DNA of 64,000 nt, from the NCBI GenBank assembly GCA_016748015.1, contig JAAOMT010000181.1:100481-164480 (forward strand), in the 5' to 3' direction. Numbering within the stretch: the stretch's first letter is position 1; each line of letters opens with the position of its first letter. Positions 1 through 12,800 of this stretch are shown in pieces. Both the position numbers and the translations under genes were made by a program. A model generated the notes under the pieces. The model was not told where the DNA came from and did not search any database. It saw only the letters and a list, made by a program, of their open reading frames with translations. This DNA comes from Geosiphon pyriformis uo1 (Eukaryota; Fungi; Glomeromycota).

Positions 1-491
1 AAATGGGAGGAGTTTCACTTTTTTTTCTATTTCATAATTGGAAAAGCCAAGAGGAGACCCAAAAACCATGCTGGAATTCACTCTTTTTGCTTTAGGAATA
101 GTAGCTGCTAAGCCTAAAAGTGACCCACTGTTGATACCTTTTATGACTGTATTGTTTTTACCACAACTCGATTCACTATTCATGTCTGAGTACATATCAC
201 CAGAACCAAGTTTGACAAGAGAAATGTCCCTTTCATCACCTGAATGTTTAACATTATCAAGAACCACTTTTTTCTTTTGGGAGAAAGATCCACCAGCAAG
301 ATCATAGAGAGTACCCTTAAGCACTTTCTTTTTAGACATATTACTGCTAAAAGCAGTCTTTAAATTCATGACAAAAGGGTTATTAGTTAAAAAAATATTG
401 ATATAAACTTAATGAAAAAAACTAAAAAACTTCTTTTTCAGAAAATGCACTCTTTGAGGATTATTTGGAAATAAGAAAAAAAGAAGTTTTT
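1..491 (-). mobile_element. 5' end (5' UTR + ORF1 N-terminus) of a second LINE family, running off the left edge of the window
   Basis: The reverse complement starts with the same AAAAACTTCTTT...AAAGAAGTTTTT terminal inverted repeat as the other LINEs (425-438/478-491). It then reads a frameshifted ORF MSK(R/K)..KGTLYDLAGGSFSQKKKVVLDNVKHSGDERDISL..GSLLGLAATIPKAKRVN..GSPLG from about 340 down to 1. Confidence 0.7.
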
Positions 492-1875
492 AAGTATATC
501 TAATATTAAGTCAAATACCAAAAATAATAATAATAATATTTTGTAATTTATAATTAAATAATTTAAATCTTAATATTTAAAATATTATTAATAATTAAAA
601 ATTTTTTATTAAACATAACTTTTTTTAAAGTATTAATTTTAACAATAGTAATATTTAAATTAATTTAAAAACCAATTATAACAATTGTATATTTTAATTA
701 AAAAAAATTAAAAGATTAAAAAATAAAACAAATATAATTATAAATTTAAAAAACAAAATTATTAATTTTAAGAATAATATAGCCAAAAAAAATTATTTAA
801 TTTGGCTTTAAATATATTATAAAAAATAATAGTTTTTTTAATTAATAAAAAAAATTCCAATATTGTTTTTTATTATTAAATTTAATTAATAAGTAAAAAT
901 AATTATAATTATATTAAAAAATTTAAAATAAACAATAATATATTATTTAATATTAATAGATTTTAATATAAATCAAAAAATTTTACTAAAAACATTAAAA
1001 ATAATATTAATATTAATAGTTAAAATACTTTTAAGTATATTTTATAAAACAATAATAACAAAAAAAATATAAAAACTTAGCAATCTTAAAAATAAAAAAA
1101 TAAATAAAATCAAAAAAAACTTAAAAAACAAATTTTACATAAAATAGCTTAATATTATTTTAAAAACAAACTTTAAATTAATAAAATTATAAATAGATTA
1201 AAAAAAATCTTAATATAAAACAACTTAATTTTAAATAAAGCATTAAATATTAAAACAAAAACTATTTATTTAAAAAATTTTTAACAATTAATAATAATTT
1301 TCTAAATATTACTAAAAATAATATTATTAAAAAACAAAAAAAAATATAGTTTTAGTATTTATTTAACTAAAATTAAATAATTTAATAAACTAATTAAATA
1401 AAATTATATGTAAAAATATAACTTGTTTATTTTTAAAAGCAATAATAATTGGCTAAAAACTAATATATTAAACAATATAATTAATATAAATAATATAAAA
1501 TTAATAAAAAAAACTAAAACTATATTTTTATATAGTATTAAAATACTAAAAAAAAAATTCTTAATATTTTATTAAAAACTTAAAAATTTTTAAAATAAAT
1601 AAAAATTATTTTAAATAAATCTTTTTAAAAAAAAACTTTTAATTGAAAATAAAAAAATGCTTTAAAATTAACAAAAGACTAGTTTATTAATATTTTATTT
1701 AAAAAAGCATTTTTATTAAATATTATTAAATAATTTTAATAATTATAAATACTTTAAAAATAGAAAAAAGTTTATTTTTTTTCAAAAATTTCAAATTTAA
1801 TTTTTGAAATTTAAAAATATATATTAATTTTTTTAGTGTTTTATTAGTTTTATAATATTAATCTTAATATTAATT
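492..1875 (-). mobile_element. Heavily AT-decayed 5' part of an ORF1-only (family C) non-LTR element, interrupted by the LINE at 1-491
   Basis: The reverse complement aligns by eye to 45671-45854 plus 52624-53090: remnants of FKIKL, DNIKLFxVxF, FKAKL.NL.FGC, and a C..C...H....C knuckle near 545-590. Confidence 0.55.
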
Positions 1876-1982
1876 TTGGAAAAAAAATTTTTTTTTTTTT
1901 GTCCTAAATTTTCATAAAGAATTAAAAAGTTTTTTGAAAAGAAGTTTTTTTATCATTCAGTATACTAAATCCAAACTATTTT

Positions 1983-3807
1983 TGCTTAATTATAAAACCA
2001 TTGTTGGCTTTAGTATTGCTGTTATGAAGAAGACTATTAAAATTTCAGTTCAACTAATGGTTTTAAATCTGTACTGTTAAGAAAGAAAAGAAAAAATGAG
2101 GTTTTAGAAAATAATATCAAGATTAAAAAAGTTTTTGCTAAGAGATTAAATAGTTGTTTTTGGAGTTTAGAAGTTGGTAATATTACTAAATTTGATAGTA
2201 TAAACATAAAAAAGAAGTGTCTAATTAAGAAAACCAATTTTGGCTATAATAGTAAAGTCATTTTTAATGGCAAAAATGCTAATCAAACATTAAAGAGTTC
2301 ACATATTAAAACCAAAAAAGCTCTGAGAAAACCATTAGAAAAAATAAATTTTTTAAGTAATGATAATAATAATAATTTTTTGTTAAATGTTCTGTTAACT
2401 CTTCTTTTTTCTTTGAAAAATTTGGTCATTGTTCCTATTAAGAAGTTATTTACTTTAAATATTGAATTAAATAAAGTAACTGGAAAGTCTTCTTAAAAAA
2501 AGCTTGTAATGGTCAAAAAGTTGGTTTTAAAAGTCAATAGTTTTGAAGAAGCATTTACTTTTTCAAAATTTACTAGTATTATTAGAATAATGTTTACTTC
2601 CAAATCAAGTTTGATACAAGCTACTAAAAAGACTAAGAATGTAAAAATTTTGGTTAATGCTAATCTCAAAAAATTTACTAGGCATTCAGATTAGACTGTA
2701 ATGGTAAAAAATACCAATTAGAACATTAGTTGAGACTGTATATATTGCACTATTTGAGTTTGGATTGATTAAGTCAATTAAAATGTAATTGGTAGGACTT
2801 TGACAAAAAGCCATAATAGAATTTAACCAATCAAATCAGGCTGATTTGGTTGCAGCAAAATGGTTTATCTTAATTAAAAAAAATATTGTGTGTGTTGTTA
2901 AAACAGATTTAGACAAAATAACATGGAATATAAAAGATTATTATAGAGTGCTTCTTTATATATTGCCAATAAAAACAAATATTTATAACATCTAAGACTT
3001 TATTGATTTTGTGAATGAGAAAACATGTATTATTAATTAATATCTAATTATATATATTTAGGTCAGATATGCAGTTATTTGTTTTAATTTAACTAAGTTA
3101 TTAAATGCTATCATGAAAACCATGTTGGTTTTAAGAGATGCCAATTTGTACTGGTCTTATTTTAGTTCAGCTAAGTATGTTAGATATGAAAAATTGGATT
3201 ATATGTTATTGGACTGCTTTGTAAATAAAAAAACTTTTTTTGGTGATTTATTTCATAGAGTATTATCAAAGAAAAATAAAAGCAAACTGGTATTTATCTA
3301 TGCTAAATGTTTAGTATTGGTTGCTTGTCCTGTTTTTTTTAGTGGTGTCTTTTGGGCCAAGATTATTAGTGAGTTTTTTTCTCTTTTCTTTTTGCATAAA
3401 ATAGTTTGGTTGGTTTTGGTTTCTCTTCAAAGATGAAACCTATTCTGCTGTTGTTTGTGGAATTAAACAATAGGTTTGCTGCTTTTAAGTATAATCTTAA
3501 CAGTCTTGTAGAGCAAGTTAATAAGCTGACTAAGAGATTAGATGCACTTAGACTAATGGTTTCTTAGCTTAATTCTAAATGTCAACTGTTGGTAATCTCT
3601 TTATTACAGAATCAAGGGATGGATATAGTAATGAGTAAGAGTTTAGATGTGGTCACTAGTAATAAAACTGTTGCAGAAGTGATAAGTTTTAATCTTTTAG
3701 TTATTTTGAAATTGAAAGAGACTTTAAAGAATTTGTTAGATACAGTTATGAGTCTGTTGGCCAGAATAGACAATACTGATTTGAGTTTTGATGCTTGTTC
3801 CTTTTAA
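1983..3807 (+). pseudogene. LINE ORF1 (RRM-like + CCHC), disrupted
   Basis: ORF fragments 2509-2694, 3113-3436 and 3589-3807 are homologous to the 427-aa ORF at 51228-52511 and to 50676-51218. Confidence 0.85.
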
Positions 3808-6800
3808 TGACTGATTTTATGTGAAAAGGGGCTATATGTAATATTAGGAGTATAAACAATTCTGTTAAACAAGCCAATATTGTTTATTAATACAAAAATA
3901 TAAACAATTTAATTTTTATTATTACTAAGACAAAATTAAAAGGAAAAATTTATCTATGAATTATGAACAAGTTTAATGGTATTTGATTGTTTACTTCTGG
4001 TTTGGAGTCTAGTTATTTGGGTTTTGATGTTATAATTATTATAAATATTAGCTTGGCAAAACATATGTGCAAGATTTTAGAAATTACTAGTAGGTTTTTG
4101 TCTATTAATCTGCTTTTTAGAAATAAATTATCCATTTCAATTTTGGGGCTGTATGTTGGTATTACTCTGACTGTGCATTTGTCTCAAGCTAGTAAAATTA
4201 ACTTTTTAATTGTAAAAACTATAAATGAGTTTTTTTTTGTTATCTTAAATAAGGATTTCAATAAAAATGGTTCTTGCAGATATGCTAATTTTAAGAAATA
4301 TCTTGATTTAGGATTAGTTAATTCTTTAGTCAAAAGCTCAATTGTAAAAACCTCAACATAAGAGAATTTTAAAAATATTATAAAAACAATTGATTATGTG
4401 TTTGTTTTTTTGAGCTTGGTTAATACAATAGTGAATTGTGATGTTGTGAACATTAGTAATTACTTTAACACTAATTATTAAGCCATTTCTGTTTTTGTAA
4501 ATTTGGGCAGTTTATTAAATATGTGGTTAAATCTTGTGCACAAACAGATGAATAGAAATTATTAAAAGTTTAATGTTAAAGATAATAATAAAGTAAAATA
4601 GAACAATTTTAAAAATTTTATGACATCTAATACAGTGATGTTTTTTGGTAAGTTTGTTATTTTTAAGAGGTTTTTGGATTTGGATGTTATGTAAAATATT
4701 GTTTACAAGGTGGTGTATTTGTTAGCTAATAAAATATTCAAGAAAAAGTGGTTTAAAAATTTTGATGGTGTTTTTACTAAAAACTTTTTCAAGTTCCATA
4801 AATTAGAAATTTTGGTCTTAAGGATTATTAGATTTTTGTATAAAAGTACAAATAATAAGTTTGTTTTTTTAATAGACTGCTGGATATTTTTGAACAATAA
4901 CAAGACTTTTATTATTCAGGTTTTTTTAAATTCTGGTGTGAATTTTAATCACATAAAATCTGTTCTTTATAGTATAAAGAAATTATATTATGTCTGCAAA
5001 CTTGCCAAATCATTAAGAACCAAGAAAGTTTATATTAGATCTGCTATTGATAAAAGAATAGAAAGCTTCATGATTAATAAAGATTATACTATCAGAAGTG
5101 TTTTGAAGTATTCTTTCTGAAAAGTGGTATTAAATTATTTAGTAGCTGATAGTAAATTGTTTTTGGAGCCTATTAAAATTAAATTTAAGGTTAATGCTAT
5201 TATAGAGGGTTGAACAAGGAAAAGAGTGATATTAAACTATGTTTCTAACCTGTGGCATTATTAATATCTGGCTTATGTTAATAATACTATTTTTTTCAAT
5301 ATTATAGATACTATTAATTATGATAATATGATACATATAATTAAAAATCTTTTTAATGAGAAAGCTGTTGGTTAGTTAGGTATTACAAATAAGCTATGGA
5401 AGTATTGTAATGATTTTATAATCAGTATGCTTCTGGATTTTTTGAATCTTTGTTTAATACATAAATTTGTATCTCAATCTTAAAAGAAAGCTTAGATGTT
5501 GATAATATCTAAATCTTATGAGTGAAAAGACATTTTGACCAGTACTAAACCAATTGCATTAATCAAAACTGCTTGTAAGATTCTTTCCAAAATACTTTTT
5601 AATAGAATTTTTTTGGCCTATAGTGAGTTTGATGTTCTTTGTAAAGACAATTTTCTATGTTAAAAGACACTATTATCTAGTTTCTTATATTTGGTGTTGG
5701 TTTAATGGTTAAAAATGCTTTGAAAAAAAATCATGAACTTTAATTGATTTTGTAAGATATAAGAAAAACTTATAACTCTGTAGGTTGATATTATCTGAAA
5801 AATAGTTTGGTTTAAATTAAGATGTGTAAGCAATTTATTAGATTCTTTGGAAATATTTACAATAATAGAGTCAATTAGGTCATAACTGATTATGATTTAA
5901 CTAATGAGTATTAAGTACATAATAGACTGGACCAGAATAAGATTTTTTCTCCTATGTTTTAAAGTATTTTCTATGACTCTCTTTTGTGTGAAGTTAAAAG
6001 GCAAGAAAGTTTGTGTGATTACTGAATTAATATTAGATTTGTTGTCAAAACTGGCAGATTAAAGAATTAGAGTAGACTGATCTTATTTCTAGCAGCTAGT
6101 ACTTTTGTTGATGACACAATTTAGATTGGGAATAGTTAAGTGACTATTCAATATATTTTAGATATTGCTAGTAATTTTTTTAAGATTAATAATATTTTAA
6201 TCAATAATAAAAAACTGTCACCATTTTTATCAACCAAAGAGTTCAGAATACTTTGCTATTAATAAGTGAGTTACCAATTTTTATTATACATAAAGAGAAG
6301 TTTCATCATTATCTTAGTATTTTTTTGTTTTCTGAAAGCTTATTTAAACCTAGTTTGGTAAAGACCTACTTGAATATCAGGTTTTTTTCTAATAAGGTTT
6401 TAAAAAAAGCTATTTTAAATAAACAGTTTCTTTATTTGGTCTTAGTAGTATTGCACTTTATTATTAGTTACAGAACCCAATTTAGTTTTATTTCTAAAAA
6501 TGTGTGTAATAAATGAGATACATTAATCAAAAGAGGTTTAAGAATAAAGGCTGGCTTATCTAGAAACTTTTCCAATGAAGCTCTATTATTTGTCTTTGTA
6601 TAGACTAAAATTTTTTAAGCAGATGCAAATAAAAAGTAAATTAGCATTGATTCTGTGCTTTTCAAATGCTAGTGGTGTTCTCAATTAGTTGTTCAACCAT
6701 AGGTCCTTAGATTTGCAAGTTTCAAGTTGGTTTCTAATACACTCTTTACAAACTTTTATTATATTAAGGATCAAGCCAGTTAACAACTTTTTGGCTAACA

Positions 6801-7995
6801 TAGTAAAAAATTTTTTGGATTGTGATATGTTTTTTAACAACATTTTTTTCTTTGCATTTTAATTCTCAAAGAGCACTTTAATGTTTATTATTTTGGAGGT
6901 TTTAGTGTTCTATAATGTTTTCAAGTCACTTAAAAGATTTGGTATTGCTTTTGTTAAACAATTATATAATAAGAAGGAATTGGTTTTTGACTGAAAAAGT
7001 TTTTATCATTAAAAAAAACTCAATCTTAAAGGCTAGTTTTTGTATGATTCAAATTGACATGTGAGTATTTGGTTAACTTTTCTTGTTATTTTAATGTATA
7101 GTCTATTATTATTAGCTTCCAGCTTTTGAATGTTTTTAGTTTTGGTGGTTTTTCTAGGATATAACAATGCTTTTTTAATGCTAATTTGAATATTGTCAAT
7201 GTTTATACAAATGAATTGTTAAGAAACTTGTGTATAAATAAGATGAAATATAACACAGCTGGGTTTTTTGTTGAACTAAATTTGAGTATTAGTGCTAAAG
7301 TTGGTAGTTTAATTTTTTTTATGATGGCTAAGTTATAGACTATTGCTTTGGCTTTAAAATGTGTTTTAGTTAATAGTAGTGTAGTTGTACATTTGGACAG
7401 TTAGGTTGCTCTGAATGCTTGTGCTACTAAATTAAAATTGGTTTTGCTGAATTTTCATAATTGGTATTGGATAGAAAGATATAGTGTAGTAAACTTTATT
7501 AAAAATAGAAAGCTTGATATATTTTGGTCTAAAGTTAAAGGTTATTTGAGTGTTTGGGTAATAAGCATGTTGATAAGTTGGCTGGTTTGGCTTTATATTC
7601 AAATTTCACAATTTCTGTTTTTGTTAAAAAGAGTTATATTAAAACTGATGGGGTAGTAGTATTAAAAAATATTTGTTATTTTATTCATGATGTTTTTATA
7701 GCTGTTTATTGAACTTACTGAGAGTTTGGGCTTGAGTTTAATATAATTGATACTAATATAATTGGTAATATAGATTGGAATCAAACTTTGTTGGTTTGAT
7801 ATTCTAATTTACATATGATATTTGATTTTATGAGCAAATTTACTGCTGATTTGCACTCATATTTTATAAAAACTTGTACAATAGAACTTATTCCAGTGTA
7901 CTGTGTTTTTATTGTAAGAAGATAGAACTTTTTGACCATTTGTTTATATGTGTAATAGACTCTGCTGTTTTTAAAACATTGCTTAATTCATATAT
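3807..7995 (+). pseudogene. LINE ORF2 (APE-RT-RNase H), disrupted
   Basis: FTSGL..SYLG, ILGLY, DFN, RT FVDDT and WSKVKG motifs, with many TAA/TAG/TGA stops. Confidence 0.85.
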
Positions 7996-8235
7996 AATTC
8001 AGTAAATAATTATTAAGCTATTGAATTTTTTGTTAAACTAAAATGTTTTTTGGCTTATTTGTTTGTAATTACATTAAATTGGATGTATTTGTGCACGTTT
8101 TATATATTATTATATATATATTATATTTTTTTATTTTTATTTATTACTTTATATTATTTATACTATTATTTAATAATTAATTAATATATTATAATATTAT
8201 TATTTTTAATTTTTGTTGATTTTTATTAAGTAATA
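7996..8235. repeat. ~240 bp dispersed repeat, also at ~56190-56430; possibly the end of a decayed LTR of another family
   Basis: aaatgttttttggcttatttgtttgtaattac... matches aagtgttttttggcttacttgtttataattat... Both copies end at the same point in (G/A)TAATA, compatible with a decayed GTAACA. Confidence 0.55.
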
Positions 8236-9007
8236 GTAATTATTATTTTTTTGTTTTTTTTGTGATTTGTGGTTTTTATTTTTTTATTTTTTAATAAGTT
8301 TAAAAGTGTTTTTTTATGAGTTAATGTTTTTGAGTGTTTATTTTAGTTTTTTGCTAAAAAATCAAAAAGATTAATGCTAGTATAGATTAATTTTGACTAT
8401 TAAATTAGACTTTTGGTAAAGTTTTTTGGTCTTGAAAATTGGTTAAGAAATAAATTAGGTATTTATGCTTGAATAAATAAAACTAGAAAAAAGGTAATTA
8501 AAAATAATAGTTTAAAACTGGTTCTTTATTTAAGTATTTATAAGTATTAGAAAGTTGTTTTTAATGTATTAAAAGTTATATAAACTGATTAAGTGTTTTT
8601 TTTTGTCTTTATTGTTAGTTTCAAATTTAAATTCAAGTTTAAAAACAAATTATGAATTAGCAAAGTATTTTTTTACAAAACTTAACAATATTGTTATCAA
8701 GTTTTTTAAAATAAGTAGTATAAGTATTAATACTAATAACTTTTAAGTCTTTATTTGAGTAGTAAATTAAATTTTAAGAAAATTTTGCTTAATTTTAGTA
8801 ATATTGTAATCTTCAAAAAAATAATTATTAATTCAATTTTTAATATATTAAAAAAAAGTTTTTTTGAAAATTGTAATTCTATTTTAAATTTTAAATTATT
8901 GTTTATAATAAGTATATATTAACTGATAGTATTTTAGAGTTATTATGTTTGATGTAGTTGCTACTTTGATTTAATTGTTGTTGTATTATTTTTAAGAAAG
9001 CACCAAA
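8236..9007 (-). pseudogene. Decayed Gypsy gag 5' fragment with PBS (element D0)
   Basis: Aligns to 44115-44909 and to 34270-35035. PBS complement GCACCAAA at 9000-9007. Confidence 0.75.
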
Positions 9008-9826
9008 TATTATTAAAAGTTTTTTTGCTTTTTTTTATTGTTACTAATATTGTTTTGCTAATAATTTTGCTGTTAATAGAAGTCAATAAATTTCTAATAA
9101 GCTAATTTTTCTTTCAAAATATTTTTTTTATATTTTGAACTGTGTATACTATTGGGTTTATAATAAAATAACCAATTTTATACCAATTACTTATATAGTT
9201 ACTTTGTAATAAAAATTAACTCTTTTACAAAAAAATTTTATTTGTAAACTTTTCAAAAATATGTGTAATTACTTTGCTGTAAAAATCAATTTTTTTATAA
9301 GAAATCTTAACTGTAGACTACCTAATAATATAAAAAAAAATAAAAAATAAAATAAACTAAAAAAAAATAAAAAAAATATTTAAGAAAGTTATTTCAAATT
9401 CAGATCTAAAAGTTACTAACAATTACTAAAATTAATAATTAATTAATTTTAAAATATTAGTATAAAATAACTAATTTTGAAACAAAAATATTTAGAAATT
9501 TATGTTTTTTTCAAAGTAAGTTTTATTGAAATTAATTTGTAAAGAAAATAGTAATTCTAATTTAAATATATTTTTTTAAAAAAAAAAGTTTTTTTTTTAT
9601 ACAACTTATTATAATACTATTTTATGATTTAGCACTCTTTTTTTTCTAATATTTTAATGAATTAAAAATACATTTTGTCAAACTACAAGTTATTAATTAA
9701 ATAATAATTTGAATAATTTAATAAGATAATAAGTAATAAATTAAAATGATAATATATGCTAATTAATAATAAAAATTATAAGAATAATTTTATGTTAAAT
9801 AATATTTTAAATTTTGGCTAATAGCA
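9008..9826 (-). repeat. Decayed LTR (B-like family), 3' LTR of D1 and 5' LTR of D0
   Basis: Homologous to 44910-45670 and, more distantly, to 26611-27626. Flanked by a PBS on the left and a PPT/ORF3 remnant on the right. Confidence 0.75.
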
Positions 9827-12800
9827 TAATTTTTTTCTCAAAACTAAGCTTTATTGAAATCTAAGTACTGTTTGTAATTTTCAAATAGTAATCTAATATT
9901 ATTAAAAAAATTTGGTTTGAAAATTGTTAAAATTTCAGTTTTGTGAATTTTTTAATGTATTAAATCTTCAAGAGTTGTAAAATTGGGTTTTATAGACTGT
10001 TTTTACAAGTATAAAATAGATTATAGAGTCTAAAAACTGTTCTAAATTTGTAATAAGTGTTTATTAGTTTAGTTGTTATCTTAAATTTGTTATAAAGTTG
10101 TTTTTAAATAGCTTTAGTTGTAAAGTTTGCTGTTTCAAGCTCTAGTCTTCTTTTGTAAAATGTTTTTTTAATATAAAAATATCTATAAATTGGAAAATAT
10201 TCATTGTTTTGTTTATTAAAATACTGTTGAAATTTTTGTTAAATGATAATATTTAATAAAATATTAATAAGAGTAAATATTAAATTTTTTTTAAAGTTTG
10301 CTTTAAAAATTTTGGTAAATAAATTCTAAAATAATTTTTTGTATTTCTTTTATAAGAATAGTAATTTTGTGAATTTGTAAGTAAAGTTGTAATAAATTCT
10401 ATTTGAGTATAATTAATATGTTTTTTAAAAATAGTTATGAATGATTTAAATAGTGTTTTTAAGATTAACATTAATTTTTAAAATAAATATTGAATGTTTT
10501 GGAAAATAATTATAATAATTAATGTAAATATAAATAAATAAAATTATTTTTGGTATATAAAATTTTTATATTATTATTTGTTTTGGTTTTTAATATAGTT
10601 TGTTTTGTTTTTGTGAATTTGTATCTAAAATATAAAAAATAATTATAGAAAAAATTAAATTTTTTTAAATATTTAAATTAAAAATTGTTTAATAACAACT
10701 ATTGGTTTCAAATTTTGAGAAATATTTTCGAAATTAATCAAAAAAATTGTGTATTAATCTGTAGAGTTAAAAATTCAGAATTAATTTTAAAATAATAGTG
10801 TTTTAGTCTATTATTATATATAATTTTCTTTAAAATTTTATTATTAAGTTTTAATTTATATAATCTATTTTTTAGAATTTTGTATATATAAAATAATTTA
10901 TCTTATTTATGATTAAATTTTTTATTCTATTGTTTTTTGGTCTTAATTTTGTATAAAAAAACTTTATTTTTAATTTTAAATTTATTAATGGCTGGTAGTA
11001 GTTTATTGTTATATTATTCTTTTTGTTAAGCTTAGGAGTATTTTATATAAGTAGCTATAATATATTATTATTTTTTTAACATACTAAGAAGTATATAGAT
11101 TTTTTTTATAATGTTTTTTAAAAATTGTTTTCTTTAATTGGTTAAGCAGAATAGAATTTTACAGTAAAATTAATTGATAATATTGCTGTTTTTTTATAAA
11201 TTAAATTAAATAGTATATGTTTTATTGTATCTTGTTTTAGTATTCTGTATGTTAGTAATATTGATAGAATAAAAAGATTTTATTTTGTTTAAAATTTGTT
11301 GAAATTTTGGTTAATAATTCACAAAGTGTTTTGTTAAAATGCTTTATAAGTTCATTTATCTATAGATAATAGGACAAAAATAAAGGTTTTTTAATATTAG
11401 ATTGTTTACAAATTTTTTGTATTGGGTTGTTTACAAAATGTGTTCTCTAATTGAATAAAAGTTTAATTAAACATTTATGTCTACAAATAATGTTTTTATG
11501 AATAAAATTTACAACTGATTTTGTATTTGCTTATTAAATTGCTTTTACTTTAAGTTATTTAATAAGATAATCTATTATAATTACAATATATTGGTTTTTT
11601 TGAATTGTAATAAATATTAATTTAATTAAAAAATTGTCCAGTTTTAATTAGATTAAGAGATTTTATAGAGTATATTTCTTTTTTTTTGGCAACTATTACA
11701 AAATTTAACATATTAGTAAATATTTCTTTTTATTTGAGACCAAAAATAATGTTTTAGTGTTTTTTGAGTTGTGTTATCTCTTTTAAAATGTATTGTTAAG
11801 AGATCTAAATACATATTATATAAGATTGTTTTTTTTTGTGTTCTTGAAATACTCTAAGTAAATTGTTTGGGTTTTTGTAATTTTAATAATAAATAATGTT
11901 ATTATGTATAAAATATTGTTTTGTTTGGTATTGTAATTAATGTGTTTTACTTAAAGATCAATTTTCTAGTATTATAAGTATTTTTAATATTGTTTAAGAT
12001 TATTATAGTTTTTAAAATTTATTGTTTTGTTGTTATTTATTAATTAGTTTGATTGATAATTGTGGTTTCTAATCTTGTTTTATTTTGAAGAAGCAATCTA
12101 TATTTGTATAAAATTTTTTTAGCTTGTAATATACAGTATATTTGTAATTTACAAGAAATTTAATTTTTAAATTTGTTTGATATTTATTTTTAAGTTTTTA
12201 TTTTAAAGCTATTTGAGTCTAATATTATTAGTAATAATATCGAATTTTTTAAGATTAAAATAAAGATTAAAATAGTGTAAAGTGCAAATTATTGCTGTTG
12301 TTTTTAATTTAGTAACAAAGTAATATTTTTCTGTTGGTTTTAATGCTCTGTTAATATAGACAATTATTTTTTATTGCTTTAAGATAAGATAATATCAAAA
12401 ACTATATATAAGACATTTATAGCTTAGTTAAAATTTTTTATTAAAGTCAAAACAAACTAAAATTAAAGTTGTTCTTTAAGAATATTAAAGACTTATTATT
12501 GTTTAACTATTTATTTGTATTCAATATTTTTGTTAGTTAAATAGTTAAAAAATTTGGTAATTTTAGAAAATTTTTTAATAAATTTTTGATAATATAATAT
12601 TAATTCAATAAATTCTTTTAATTTAATAGTGTTTTGTAAAATTTTAAAGTTTTTAACAATAATAATTTTTTTTAAATTAGATTTAACTTTTTTTTTATTG
12701 ACAATATAACCAAAAAAAACCAATTTGGTTTTTTTAAAATAATATTTTTTGATATTTAATTTTAATTTTGTTTTTTATAATTATTAAAAAACTTTTTACA

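Larger units (their letters stand above)
1880..7995 (+). mobile_element. LINE family A copy 1 (decayed, 3'-truncated)
   Basis: Colinear with copies 2 and 3: 5' UTR, ORF1 (~1983-3807), TAATG junction at 3805-3809, APE, RT (FVDDT at ~6105), RNase H (~7200-7580), CCHC remnant (~7900). Homology stops at ~7995. Confidence 0.9.
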
